In this document: one piece after another, positions 39,236 through 50,870 of the stretch
Layout of the letters: each line of letters opens with the position of its first letter
Position numbering within the stretch: the stretch's first letter is position 1
DNA from: Candidatus Omnitrophota bacterium
GTDB taxonomy: Bacteria; Omnitrophota; Omnitrophia; Omnitrophales; JACROU01
DNA length: 64,000 bases
Direction of reading: 5' to 3'
NCBI GenBank assembly: GCA_029261035.1
Contig: JAJDCD010000025.1
Coordinates: 2,926 to 66,925 of the forward strand
The notes under the pieces: model-generated
What the model saw: only the letters and a program-made list of their open reading frames with translations
Databases searched by the model: none
What the model was told of the DNA's origin: nothing
Translations under genes and position numbers: made by a program

Positions 39236-41026
39236 TTAAGCTTTTCTGATTTTTAAGCTCAATTCATCGAGCTGTTTTTCAGCAACACTGGAAGGAGCTT
39301 CTGTTAAGGGGCATGATGCTTTTTGTGTCTTAGGAAAAGCAATCACATCTCGTATAGAATCCAACCCTAAGAGTTCTGCAACCAACCGATCCAACCCCAA
39401 CGCAATTCCACCATGGGGAGGAGCCCCAAACTCAAGTGCTCTCAATAAAAAACCAAATTTTTCTTCCGCTTCTTCTTTATCAATACCCAAACACTCAAAA
39501 ACGAATTTCTGCATATCCTGTTCGTGAATACGAATACTTCCACCACCAATCTCAGTCCCATTGAGGACAAGATCATAAGCTTTTGCTTTTACTGTTAAAG
39601 GATCTGTTTTTAGCTTATCCACATCTTCATTTTTGGGAGACGTAAAAGGATGATGGAGTGCAATATAACGCTTATCTTCCTCACTAAATTCTAATAATGG
39701 AAAATCAACCACCCAAGCCAGTTCAAACTTATCTTTCTCAATTAAATTTAATCTCTTAGCCAAATTCAATCTTAAAGCTCCTAAAGAAAAACAAGTTGTA
39801 TTCAACGATGAAGCGACAATCAAAATAGCATCCCCTACCTGCACAGAAAGTTTTTCTTTTAAAGACTCCAAAGACCCCTCGCCTAAATGCTTAGCCACCG
39901 GAGATTCCCATTTCCCTGCTTCTGGATATTTAATCCAAACAAGCCCCTTTGCCCCATAAGTTTTTACATACTCCGTTAGATCATCAAAGTCTTTACGCGA
40001 AAAAGAGGCCCCTCCTGGAACTACAAGCGCTTTAATAGCACCCTTATTTTGAAGCACATCTTGAAAAACTTTAAAAGAAGTACCTTCAAAGACCGTGTTC
40101 ACATCCTGAAGTTCTAATTCAAATCTCAAATCTGGTTTATCAGAACCATAACGCTTCAGAGCCTCATCATAAGGAATTCTTTTTAATGGCAAAGAAATGT
40201 CTTTGCCTAACATTTGTTTAAAAATAAGGGAAACCATATTTTCAATTAAACTCATAACATCCACCTCTTCAACAAAGGACATCTCAATGTCTATTTGAGT
40301 ATGTTCCGGTTGACGGTCCGCCCTGAGATCTTCATCCCGAAAACAACGAGCTAACTGAAAATAGCGATCAACACCAGAAACCATCAGCATTTGTTTGAAT
40401 AACTGAGGCGATTGTGGAAGAGCATAAAAAGATCCTTCTTGCACTCGAGAAGGAACCAAATAATCTCTAGCACCTTCGGGTGTACTTCGAGTTAAATAAG
40501 GTGTTTCAACTTCTAAAAAACCATTTTGATCTAAGAAATCACGGACTAATTTAGAAATTTGATAACGAAACCTCATATTATGAACCATAGAACGACGTCT
40601 TAAATCTAAATAACGATATTTCAAACGAATATCATCAGATACAAAATCTTCTTCAGAAATTTCAAAAGGAGGAACTTCAGATACATTCAAAAGGTTTAAT
40701 TCACTCACATGAATCTCAATTTCACCTGTAGGCAACTTTTTATTTACAGTTCCGTCAGGGCGTTTTTCTACAATACCATGAACCTGCAGCACGTATTCCG
40801 AACGCAAACTCTCAGCTTGTTTATGAAGCTCTGGGTTTTGTTCTGGGTTAAAAACCAATTGCGTCAATCCTAAACGATCTCTTAAATCAATAAAAATCAA
40901 TCCCCCATGATCTCTTCTCTTATCAACCCAACCACAAAGAGTCACCGTTTCGCCTAAATGAGTACTGTTAATTTCGCCACAATGATGTGTTCTATATGTT
41001 GTCTTTAACCGGCTCTGCTGTTTCAT
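39236..41026 (-). CDS. aspS: Aspartate--tRNA ligase, probably non-discriminating
   Basis: RRDHGGLIFIDLRD, LPQSPQLFKQ, FRDEDLRADRQPE and PPHGGIALGLDR motifs. Confidence 0.98.
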   Translation of the reverse strand: MKQQSRLKTTYRTHHCGEINSTHLGETVTLCGWVDKRRDHGGLIFIDLRDRLGLTQLVFNPEQNPELHKQAESLRSEYVLQVHGIVEKRPDGTVNKKLPTGEIEIHVSELNLLNVSEVPPFEISEEDFVSDDIRLKYRYLDLRRRSMVHNMRFRYQISKLVRDFLDQNGFLEVETPYLTRSTPEGARDYLVPSRVQEGSFYALPQSPQLFKQMLMVSGVDRYFQLARCFRDEDLRADRQPEHTQIDIEMSFVEEVDVMSLIENMVSLIFKQMLGKDISLPLKRIPYDEALKRYGSDKPDLRFELELQDVNTVFEGTSFKVFQDVLQNKGAIKALVVPGGASFSRKDFDDLTEYVKTYGAKGLVWIKYPEAGKWESPVAKHLGEGSLESLKEKLSVQVGDAILIVASSLNTTCFSLGALRLNLAKRLNLIEKDKFELAWVVDFPLLEFSEEDKRYIALHHPFTSPKNEDVDKLKTDPLTVKAKAYDLVLNGTEIGGGSIRIHEQDMQKFVFECLGIDKEEAEEKFGFLLRALEFGAPPHGGIALGLDRLVAELLGLDSIRDVIAFPKTQKASCPLTEAPSSVAEKQLDELSLKIRKA

Positions 41027-41028
41027 GA

Positions 41029-42303
41029 TTATGTTAATATTCCTTTCAAAACTTTTTTAATAGAATCGTATTGAACTTTCTCTTGAGTTCCAGTTTTCAT
41101 ATCTTTAATTGACACTTGACCTTCTTTAAACTCGTCTTCTCCCTGAAGAATCACAACCCTTGCGTTCAAACGATCAGCTCGTTGAAAATGCTTCTTCATC
41201 TTTACCTCTTTAAACGATATCTCCTCTACACTAAAATTATCTTTTCTCAATTCAGACTGAATTTCTAGAGCTTTCTTCTTAATATCTGGGCTATCACCAA
41301 AAACACACATATAAACCAATGCATTTTGAAACTGATTTTGCCCCCACACGCCATCACCTTCTAGAGCAACAATCAAACGCTCAATACCTAAAGCAAACCC
41401 ACAGGCTCCGCAGTCTTTAGAACCACCCAATTCACCCACTAAAGAGTCATACCTTCCTCCGGCTCCAATCGCATTTTGAGCCCCCAAAGCAGGATGAGTG
41501 ATTTCATAAACAATGTCATTATAATAATCCAAACCCCGAACTATTTTAGTGTTAATCCGGTAAGGAATATTTCGTTGCTCTAAAATCTCTTTAACTTGCT
41601 CTAGATGCTCTTTAGACTTTGGCAAAAGAGACTCTAAAATACTGGGTGCTTTCTTAATAATTTCTTGATCCCTTGGGTCTTTTGAATCTAAGACTCTAAT
41701 CACATTTGTCTCAATGCGCCTCTGGCTATCTTCAGACATATTTGAAATATAAGATTGCAGATAATCCTTAAGCTTCTTCCTATAACCTGCTCGAGATTCC
41801 TTGCAACCTAACGAATTAATTTCCAAAACATAATCTTTAAGACCTAACCCCATTAAAAGCCCTTGCATCAAAGCCAATATAGCCACATCATCCTCAGCTC
41901 CTTTTGCACCAATAAACTCAGCGCCAATCTGATGAAATTGTCTAAAACGGCCTGCCTGAGGCCTTTCGGCTCTGAAGCTTGCTCCTATATAAAAAAGTTT
42001 GTCTACGGCTAACTGGTGCTCTATATAAGCACGTACAACGGATGCTGTGACTTCCGGTCTTAAAACAACATTTCTTTGCCCTCTATCTTGGAACTGAAAC
42101 ATTTCTTTCTGAACAATATCTGTTTCTTGACCAATAGAACGTTGAAATAGGTCCAAAGACTCTAAAATGGGAGTCCTGAGCTCCGTATAATTAAACTGAC
42201 GAAAGACATTACGTACCGAAGACTCAATATACTGCCATTTCCACACGTCCTCAGGAAGAATATCCGGCATTCCCTTTAAAGATTTAAATTTAGTTGAAGC
42301 CAT
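41029..42303 (-). CDS. hisS: Histidine--tRNA ligase
   Basis: LRPEVTA, FRAERPQAGRFRQFHQ, VRGLDYY and GGRYD motifs. Confidence 0.98.
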   Translation of the reverse strand: MASTKFKSLKGMPDILPEDVWKWQYIESSVRNVFRQFNYTELRTPILESLDLFQRSIGQETDIVQKEMFQFQDRGQRNVVLRPEVTASVVRAYIEHQLAVDKLFYIGASFRAERPQAGRFRQFHQIGAEFIGAKGAEDDVAILALMQGLLMGLGLKDYVLEINSLGCKESRAGYRKKLKDYLQSYISNMSEDSQRRIETNVIRVLDSKDPRDQEIIKKAPSILESLLPKSKEHLEQVKEILEQRNIPYRINTKIVRGLDYYNDIVYEITHPALGAQNAIGAGGRYDSLVGELGGSKDCGACGFALGIERLIVALEGDGVWGQNQFQNALVYMCVFGDSPDIKKKALEIQSELRKDNFSVEEISFKEVKMKKHFQRADRLNARVVILQGEDEFKEGQVSIKDMKTGTQEKVQYDSIKKVLKGILT

Positions 42304-42378
42304 CGCAGTTTTATCTCACAAAATTAGGTTAGATTCATATTGAATTAAATTAATTGGCTCTTTTAGTTATGTACCTTA

Positions 42379-42406
42379 GTGTGCGGGGTCTTTAGACCTG
42401 GCACAC
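42379..42406. repeat. REP-like palindrome GTGTGCGGGGTCTTTAGACCTGGCACAC, copy 1
   Basis: Near-identical inverted copy at 54577-54605. Confidence 0.75.
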
Positions 42407-42619
42407 CTCTCCTTAGTAAGCCTTTCCAACAGGGCCATAAAAACAGGTATCATAGCATAGCTAACGAAGGGATTCAAACAAGGGTTTAATAGGTCAATTT
42501 AAGGAAATTGTAGGATGTATAAAGTGAGTCAAAAAGACACAAAAATACTTATAAACGTAATAATCCATGTCAATTTAAGGTAAATCTGAAACGAGAAAAA
42601 CAAAAGGCAGGAAAGCTAA

Positions 42620-42805
42620 TTAGAACTTAGCTTGAGCTTTTTTCTTAGCAGAATTTCTCTTTTCACGCCTTTTAATTTCACTAGGTTTTTCATAGTGTTT
42701 GCGTTGTTTTAAAATCTTAAGAATACCTTCTCTTTCGATTTTCTTCTTAAGGCGTCGCAAAGCTTTATCTAAATTCTCATTTTGTCCAACAAGTACTTTT
42801 GTCAC
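42620..42805 (-). CDS. rpsU: 30S ribosomal protein S21
   Basis: ENLDKALRRLKKK...RKHYEKPS. GTG start at 42805 behind AAGGAG (track over-extends to 42907). Confidence 0.95.
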   Translation of the reverse strand: MTKVLVGQNENLDKALRRLKKKIEREGILKILKQRKHYEKPSEIKRREKRNSAKKKAQAKF

Positions 42806-42830
42806 GTGAGCTCCTTTATTAATTTTGATT

Positions 42831-42879
42831 ATTATATCCAAGAGACTCTTATTGTCAACAAGAGTCTCCCAGATATTAT
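42831..42879. promoter_or_regulatory. Symmetric divergent sigma70 promoters for rpsU and comF
   Basis: Minus: TTGACA-N16-TATAAT (42858 to 42831). Plus: TTGTCA-N16-TATTAT (42852-42879). Perfect inverted repeat GAGACTCTT-N9-AAGAGTCTC. Confidence 0.7.
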
Positions 42880-42891
42880 AACAGGCTCTGA

Positions 42892-43671
42892 TTGCTGGAT
42901 TTATCACCCCATTTCGTGTATATTGATTGGCTTATGAAGACACTATTTCACACTCAAATGCTCATAAAAGCAGCCCTAAATTGCTTATACCCTACAGTCT
43001 GTGCCTTATGTCAAAAAGGTCTTCTTCTGACTGAGGACCATATTTGCAAAAGTTGCTATAGTACGCTGGAATCCACAAGCCAGCACTCTTGCTATCAATG
43101 CGCTAAAGATCTTCCTCGTTGGGCACCGTCCGGATCGAAGTGTACCCATTGTAAAAATGATGCTTGGTTTGTAGATGAAACTATTTCTCTTTTTCGATAC
43201 AACTCCTCTTTTAAAACTTTACTTCATTTGATTAAATTTGACGATCAAGATTGGATTATTAACAACTTTAAGCGCCGAATAAAAAACAGATTGAAAAACT
43301 CAGGCTTCGAAACCCACGCCCCTTCCATTGTCGTTCCTGTCCCCTTAGATCCTAAAAGGTATAGAGAGCGTAAATTTAATCAATCAGAAATTATTGCTAA
43401 TACCGTTTCTGAAGATTTTCTAATTAAAAAACAATCATCGATTATCAAACGAAAAAAATGCTTATACCCTCAAAGTTTCTTACGTAAAAACGAAAGAAAA
43501 GTAAATTTAAAGAATGTATTTTCTATTCACAAAAAAGCTTCCATTGCCGGACAGTGGGTTTTACTTGTAGATGATGTTATTACAACAGGAACAACCATCA
43601 ACGAATGTGCCAAAGTCTTAAAAGAAGCAGGCGCTTCTAGAGTAACCGCACTTTCTTTAGGTAGAGCATAA
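42892..43671 (+). CDS. comF: ComF family protein (double zinc ribbon plus PRT domain); true start probably 42934 or later
   Basis: Four CxxC pairs, VPVPL, RKFNQS and LLVDDVITTGTT motifs. Confidence 0.92.
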   Translation: MLDLSPHFVYIDWLMKTLFHTQMLIKAALNCLYPTVCALCQKGLLLTEDHICKSCYSTLESTSQHSCYQCAKDLPRWAPSGSKCTHCKNDAWFVDETISLFRYNSSFKTLLHLIKFDDQDWIINNFKRRIKNRLKNSGFETHAPSIVVPVPLDPKRYRERKFNQSEIIANTVSEDFLIKKQSSIIKRKKCLYPQSFLRKNERKVNLKNVFSIHKKASIAGQWVLLVDDVITTGTTINECAKVLKEAGASRVTALSLGRA

Positions 43672-43674
43672 TTT

Positions 43675-44769
43675 ATGAAGATATTAGACCGATATATTAT
43701 TAGAGAACTTTTAGCCCCTGTTATTTTTTGTTCCATCAGCCTTGTTGCATTGGTTTTGATTGCAGATGTTTTCGATAATTTAGACGAAATGCTAAAAAAC
43801 AAGACAGAAGCTAACTTTATCTTGGGTTACTATCTCAATTTGATTCCAATGGCATTTTCTCAAACTATAAATTGGGCAACACTCCTTGGAACTATTTATC
43901 TGCTTTTTAACTATAATCGATATAATGAAATCTTAGCTATGAAAGCTGCCGGAATGAACATTGAAACCATCATGATTCCCCTGCTTTACGTAGGCCTCAT
44001 GATCGGCATCGTCACATTTTTTGTGAATGACCAAGTAGTTCCCCGAACCTTTCTTCTAGCTCGAGATATTAAAGTGTCTCAAATAGAGAAAAATACAATC
44101 AAAGAAGATGGGCTAACGTTATATGATGTTACTTACTTTAGTCCCGACAATGAGATTTTTTATATTCGTAGCTTAAATACAGTGAAAAAACAAATGAAAA
44201 ACATGGTTGTTGTTTTTCTTAATCCTGAAAAGAGAGCAGAGCGAAAGCTTATTGCAAGAGAAGCCAATTGGGATGGGAATGTTTGGAAATTAAAGCAAGT
44301 TACTAGTTATAATATGAATGACCAAGGACGCATGCTTAGTGACCCGCAAGTTCTTACTGAAAAAGATTTCACTGAAACAAAAGTAACCCCTACTGAACTT
44401 ATTGAAACCAGCCGAGAAGGAGTATTTTTAAGTTACAAAGAACTTAAAAATCAAATCAGAAAACTTAAAGAACATCAATTCAAACTCAATACAGAAGAAG
44501 TTGAGTTAAGCAACAAGTTAGCAGCTCCTTGGCACAACCTCATCATGATTCTAATTGCAGTCCCCTTACTATCAGGAACTGCAAAAAGAAAAATGTTTGC
44601 CGTCAATCTTCTAAAGTGTTTTGGTGTTGTACTCGCCTTTCATTTCGTCACAGCCATCTCTCTCGCATTAGGAAAGTCCGGCGTCTTCTGGCCACCACTT
44701 GCAGCCTGGCTCAGCACCTTCATCTTCGGAGCCACCACCATCTTCTACCTAGACCACGGAAATAGATAA
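43675..44769 (+). CDS. LptF/LptG family LPS export permease
   Basis: MKILDRYI, NEILAMKAAG; three TM segments, periplasmic domain, three TM segments. Confidence 0.92.
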   Translation: MKILDRYIIRELLAPVIFCSISLVALVLIADVFDNLDEMLKNKTEANFILGYYLNLIPMAFSQTINWATLLGTIYLLFNYNRYNEILAMKAAGMNIETIMIPLLYVGLMIGIVTFFVNDQVVPRTFLLARDIKVSQIEKNTIKEDGLTLYDVTYFSPDNEIFYIRSLNTVKKQMKNMVVVFLNPEKRAERKLIAREANWDGNVWKLKQVTSYNMNDQGRMLSDPQVLTEKDFTETKVTPTELIETSREGVFLSYKELKNQIRKLKEHQFKLNTEEVELSNKLAAPWHNLIMILIAVPLLSGTAKRKMFAVNLLKCFGVVLAFHFVTAISLALGKSGVFWPPLAAWLSTFIFGATTIFYLDHGNR

Positions 44770-45191
44770 AAACAGTTATTAGTTTTTGGCTATTAGCTTT
44801 TATTCCATTCTGAGATTCCCACAACTCCTTAACCAAGGTCTCGCAATGACAGAAATTAGACTACTCCCCTTAAATCCTAAACCAACTCATACTTCTAACG
44901 AATGCCTTTATCCCTGCACCCAGTTTAAATCCATAATAATAAAAATGCGTTTCGTTATTAATACAATAACGAAACACCTTAGACTTCTGTAATAAGATGG
45001 GCTCGATGTCCATCTTATTACAACCTCCCACACCCCCACCCACGTTAACGACTTTAAGGAAAAGGGTGCAGCCTCGCCGCGAGTTCACAAAAATCGCATT
45101 TAAATTTTTGTGCTGTCTGAGCGCTGAGGCTACACCCTTTTCCGAGCAAAACCCCACAACTCTTGAGATTGCTACAACCTTCAGCAAAACA

Positions 45192-45229
45192 AAAAAAAGG
45201 CCAAGCCGAATAAATCGACTTGGCCTTTT
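45192..45229 (-). terminator. Intrinsic terminator after ahcY
   Basis: AAAAGGCCAAG-loop-CTTGGCCTTTT with a T tract on the minus strand. Confidence 0.75.
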
Positions 45230-45260
45230 CCCTTAAATCTATAACTCTATCTTAAAACTA

Positions 45261-46535
<1,275 letters not shown>

Positions 46536-46550
46536 TTAATCTCTTTCATC

Positions 46551-46596
46551 AAAAAAAAGTGACAGCCCTAAAATTAGTTCAGAGCTGTCACCTTTT
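46551..46596 (-). terminator. Hairpin/terminator between metK and ahcY
   Basis: GTGACAGC...GCTGTCAC stem with flanking A/T tracts. Confidence 0.6.
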
Positions 46597-46616
46597 GAAT
46601 CAGAGAAACCTGACTT

Positions 46617-47810
46617 TTAAATTAATTTTTTTAAATCTTCTACTCGGTCTAACTGCTCCCAAGTAAACCCTTCTTCAGAACGACCAAAATGTCCGTATGC
46701 TGCTGTTTGTTTAAATACAGGGCGCTTCAATTGAAGTTTTTCAATAATAGCTTGGGGAGTAAAATCAAATAACTCACCCACTTTTTCAGCTATTACTTGA
46801 TCAGAAAGCTTACCCGTACCATAAGTATTAACCATAATACTTACAGGTTCTGCAACACCAATTGCATAAGCAACTTGTATTTGACATCTCTTAGCTAACC
46901 CGCTAGCAACAATATTTTTAGCAACATAGCGTGTAAAATAAGCAGCAGAGCGATCCACCTTAGAAGGATCTTTTCCACTAAAAGCTCCTCCACCGTGAGA
47001 CCCTACACCACCGTAAGTATCTACAATAATTTTACGCCCTGTTAACCCTGTATCTCCATGAGGCCCACCAATTTCAAAACGTCCTGTTGGATTAACCAAA
47101 AGACGGGTATTTTCATCAAGATATTTTTCAGGAATCACACTAGGAATTAGTTTTTCTCTAATGTCATTTTCGATTTGCTTTTGTTCAACGTCCGTATCAT
47201 GCTGAGTACTAATAACAACCGTATCCACACGAACAGGAACACCGTTCTCATACTCAACCGTAACTTGAGATTTTGAATCTGGTCTTAAGTAAGACAAGGT
47301 TCCATCTTTTCTCAATTTTGCTAACTCACGCACTAATTGATGAGAAAGTTGGATAGGAAGAGGCATGAAAGAATCAGTCTCGTCTGTAGCGTAACCAAAC
47401 ATCATACCTTGGTCTCCGGCTCCACCTGTATCTACACCCATTGCAATGTCAGGAGATTGAGTTTGAACAGTTTGCAGAACCGCACAAGTTTTGTAATCAA
47501 AACCCATCTTTGCGTCTGTGTAACCAATTTCTTTAACTGTTTCTCTTACTATTTTAGGAATATCAATAGTTGCTGTTGTTGTAATTTCACCAGAAACATT
47601 TACCAAACCTGTGGTAATTAAAGTTTCACAAGCAACTCTTCCATTAGGATCTTGTTCAAAAATTGCATCCAAGATTGCGTCAGAAATTTGATCACACATT
47701 TTATCCGGATGTCCTTCACTTACAGATTCAGATGTAAATAAGTTTCTCAACTTAGTTGCGTCACTCAAATCTACATCCCCCTTACTTGCTAAAAGAGTCT
47801 CTTCACTCAT
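46617..47810 (-). CDS. metK: S-adenosylmethionine synthetase
   Basis: [19 protein letters not shown] and [16 protein letters not shown] motifs. Confidence 0.98.
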   Translation of the reverse strand: MSEETLLASKGDVDLSDATKLRNLFTSESVSEGHPDKMCDQISDAILDAIFEQDPNGRVACETLITTGLVNVSGEITTTATIDIPKIVRETVKEIGYTDAKMGFDYKTCAVLQTVQTQSPDIAMGVDTGGAGDQGMMFGYATDETDSFMPLPIQLSHQLVRELAKLRKDGTLSYLRPDSKSQVTVEYENGVPVRVDTVVISTQHDTDVEQKQIENDIREKLIPSVIPEKYLDENTRLLVNPTGRFEIGGPHGDTGLTGRKIIVDTYGGVGSHGGGAFSGKDPSKVDRSAAYFTRYVAKNIVASGLAKRCQIQVAYAIGVAEPVSIMVNTYGTGKLSDQVIAEKVGELFDFTPQAIIEKLQLKRPVFKQTAAYGHFGRSEEGFTWEQLDRVEDLKKLI

Positions 47811-48008
47811 ATTATTTATCTCCTTAAAAGATTGAATTTTAGTACTATAAACGAGCTATTTTCTATAATTACTAGAGTATACCTCAATATAAGGCTATTG
47901 CAAGTTGACTATGATACCACCCCTTGGGGGAGCGTCCAAGAACTAATTTATTAGCATTCGATAGGCTGTTTAAGGTGTTTACTACCAATAAGATAAGGAT
48001 CTTTCTCT

Positions 48009-49109
48009 TTATGAGCGGGCCAACTCATTTCTCAGCTGGTTGGTAACATCAATAGGAGTTGGGTCTACTTCGTAGAGCATTGCTAAATAGAAACTAACAA
48101 AATCGCTTAAATAAGCTAAAGAAAACATTCGAGTCAGAAACGAGGATCCTTGAGAAGATAGCGTTACAATTTCAGCTCCTGTTTTTTCAATAACTTTTTT
48201 TGAAAAATCGACATGCTTTTGAATACGGGAGTGATCCTCTTTATCTAGTAAAAAAATAGCTGAAAAGTTTTTAAGCAACTCCTCCGGATTCTTCCATCCA
48301 ATCATCTCGTTATGGGCCATTTCAGGTAAACTATGATGACTTGCTAAAAGTTTTGCATTTTCTTCGAACTGCTGTCTCCATCTTAAAGCAATCGATTCAA
48401 TCATAGTCGAAGCATAAATAATAGGATACGTCCCATATATTTGTCTCGCAATTTGCTTGGCAACATTATCTCTTTCTGGGACATCAAAAGAATACTGTTC
48501 CCTTGCTAATAAACTTAAAAGCTCTGATGTTTCAGAAATATCTTTAAAATCTAATGAAAATAAATTTAAATTATTAAGCAACGTCAGCTGTGATACAACA
48601 GAGTAACCCAATGTCGTACGAGGAGGATAACCTGAAGGAAATTTAATAAAAGGAATTTTGTTTTTGGAGGCAAAGGATTCAATTTCTCCACCCGAAGAAA
48701 ATATAACTAAAGGACAACCTCTTTCAAAGGCCTCTTTGCAAGCTGAGATTGTTGCATCTGTATTGCCCGAATAACTAATAGCAATGACCAAAGTTTCTTT
48801 TTGTGCACTGTGAGGCAAATGATAATAACGATTTACTTGCAACGGTTTCGTAGAAACAGGCATCAATAAATGGCGGACAAAATCAGCCCCAATCGCTGAA
48901 CCTCCTAATGCGGTAAAACAAATTGAAGAAATTGGCTTGTCTTTAATTGAAGACAGGTCAACATCCTCAAGCAACTCTACTCCCAATTGAAATTGACTAG
49001 GAAATTCAGCAATAGTTTTTCTGAGATTACTTGCATCCAAGCATTCTATAGATTTTATATCATCTAAATTAATCATTTTTTCCTTTTTCATTGGAGAGGA
49101 GTATTTCAT
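48009..49109 (-). CDS. Bifunctional phosphoglucose/phosphomannose isomerase (SIS, PGI/PMI family)
   Basis: LGGSAIG, SYSGNT, QQFEENAK, PEMAHNE and VDPTPI motifs. Confidence 0.9.
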   Translation of the reverse strand: MKYSSPMKKEKMINLDDIKSIECLDASNLRKTIAEFPSQFQLGVELLEDVDLSSIKDKPISSICFTALGGSAIGADFVRHLLMPVSTKPLQVNRYYHLPHSAQKETLVIAISYSGNTDATISACKEAFERGCPLVIFSSGGEIESFASKNKIPFIKFPSGYPPRTTLGYSVVSQLTLLNNLNLFSLDFKDISETSELLSLLAREQYSFDVPERDNVAKQIARQIYGTYPIIYASTMIESIALRWRQQFEENAKLLASHHSLPEMAHNEMIGWKNPEELLKNFSAIFLLDKEDHSRIQKHVDFSKKVIEKTGAEIVTLSSQGSSFLTRMFSLAYLSDFVSFYLAMLYEVDPTPIDVTNQLRNELARS

Positions 49110-49110
49110 C

Positions 49111-50868
49111 TTACGACAGGTATTCTTCTTCGAAGCCAGGAATTATTTTTTTAAACTCCGCTTTAGAAAACTGATTGATATCTTCTGCTGTGTGATAATT
49201 TAATAAAGCTTTTTCAGCAATACGTTCCACATCACTCATATTTACAGATCGAATAGCTTTTTTAACTTTAGGCAACAAAAACGGGCTCATACTTAACTCA
49301 TCCACTTTCATTCCAAGTAACAATAAAGAAGATATAGGATCCCCTCCCATTTCCCCACAAGCACCAACCCATATGTTGTTTTTATGCGCACTTTCGATAG
49401 TCTGTTGGATCAATTTTAATATAGCCGGATGCGTCGGTTGATAAAGATAAGCAATTTTTTCATTTACACGATCCACAGCTAAAGCATATTGAATTAAATC
49501 ATTTGTTCCTATTGAAAAGAAATCTACTTCCTTAGCTAGACTATCGCTAATCAAAGCCGCAGAAGGAATTTCAATCATAGCACCGACTTTAATATCTTCA
49601 TCAAACTCGATACCTTCTTTTAAAAGCTCTTCTTTACATTCTTGCAATAACTCATTAGCTCTTCTTAGCTCTTCTAAATTTGAAATCATAGGGTACATAA
49701 CTTTTAAATCACCAAAGTGGGAAGCTCTCAGAATAGCACGAAGTTGTTTTTTGAAAATATCTACGCGGGTTAAACAAAACCGAATAGCTCTCCAACCTAG
49801 AAAAGGGTTCATTTCATTTGATAGATCTAAAGACGATAAAAACTTATCCCCTCCCAAATCAAGCGTTCTAACAATAACTGATCTAGGACTCATTTGATCA
49901 ACAACCATCTTGTACGCCTGAAACTGTTCTTCTTCTTCAGGTAAATCAACTCTATTCATATAAAAATATTCGGTTCGATAAAGCCCTATAGCCTCAGCAC
50001 CATGAGAGATCACAGACGCAATCTCATCCGGAAACTCAATATTTGCTGCCAGCTCAACTCGATGCCCATCTTTAGTCTCAGCCTTTAAATGTCTTAACTT
50101 TTCAAGTTCTAAAATATAAGCAACAAACTTTTTCCCTTCGGACAAATACTTTTCAATCGTTGTCTGATCTGGATTAATAATAAGGAGCCCATGAGTTCCA
50201 TCAATAATAAGCTTATCGCCACTCTTAACTTCTTTACTAATATTTTGCAATCCAACAACGGCAGGAATTTCCATTGAACGTGCCATAATAGCCGTATGAG
50301 AGGTAGGGCCTCCGATATCTGTTGCGAAACCAATAACATTTTTACGATCCATCGTAGCCGTATCTGATGGGGATAAGTCATGAGACACAACAACTACCTG
50401 CTCACTTAAATTAGAAAGGGTTTCTCTTTGACGACTGGTTAAATGGTGAAGAACTCTCCGACCAATATCATGAATATCTGAAACGCGTTCTCTTAAATAC
50501 TCGTCATCAATCTGTTGAAATGCATGTAAGTAACGCTGAAGAACAACACTGAAGGCATAATCCGTTGCCACTTTCTCCGCTTTTATCTGCGCAATAACAT
50601 CTTCGATGAGAGTTCGATCTTCCAAAATAAGTAAATGGGCATTAAAAATATCAGAATGCTCTCTTCCCATCTCAGAAGAAATCTTTTTTCTAATCCCTAA
50701 TAACTCTGCTCTAGTTTTAGTTAAAGCATCTTCAAAGCGAGCAATCTCATTAGGAATATAAGACTCTTCAATCTCAGTTCTTGGCACATCAATTTCGTCT
50801 GCATGGAGTAGTTTAACTTTACCTATAACAACTCCAGGAGAAACTCCTATACCTTTAAGTGTTTTCAT
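49111..50868 (-). CDS. ptsI: PTS enzyme I
   Basis: TSHTAIMAR, GLYRTE, NPFLGWRAIR and SIGTNDLIQY motifs; no N-terminal GAF domain. Confidence 0.97.
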   Translation of the reverse strand: MKTLKGIGVSPGVVIGKVKLLHADEIDVPRTEIEESYIPNEIARFEDALTKTRAELLGIRKKISSEMGREHSDIFNAHLLILEDRTLIEDVIAQIKAEKVATDYAFSVVLQRYLHAFQQIDDEYLRERVSDIHDIGRRVLHHLTSRQRETLSNLSEQVVVVSHDLSPSDTATMDRKNVIGFATDIGGPTSHTAIMARSMEIPAVVGLQNISKEVKSGDKLIIDGTHGLLIINPDQTTIEKYLSEGKKFVAYILELEKLRHLKAETKDGHRVELAANIEFPDEIASVISHGAEAIGLYRTEYFYMNRVDLPEEEEQFQAYKMVVDQMSPRSVIVRTLDLGGDKFLSSLDLSNEMNPFLGWRAIRFCLTRVDIFKKQLRAILRASHFGDLKVMYPMISNLEELRRANELLQECKEELLKEGIEFDEDIKVGAMIEIPSAALISDSLAKEVDFFSIGTNDLIQYALAVDRVNEKIAYLYQPTHPAILKLIQQTIESAHKNNIWVGACGEMGGDPISSLLLLGMKVDELSMSPFLLPKVKKAIRSVNMSDVERIAEKALLNYHTAEDINQFSKAEFKKIIPGFEEEYLS

Positions 50869-50870
50869 TT

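Noticed and set aside
42806-42907. 34-aa N-terminal extension on S21 given by the ORF track
   Set aside because: It spans the promoter; a clear AAGGAG SD precedes GTG 42805, which gives a normal 61-aa S21.
44786-45236. Three short overlapping ORFs between lptF/G and ahcY
   Set aside because: No recognisable motifs, they overlap each other, a REP half-element and the ahcY terminator; a small real gene cannot be fully excluded.
47811-48008. SAM riboswitch upstream of metK
   Set aside because: I could not find SAM-I core motifs; only a promoter-like TTGCAA-N16-TATACT and a short hairpin are visible. An Rfam scan would be decisive.
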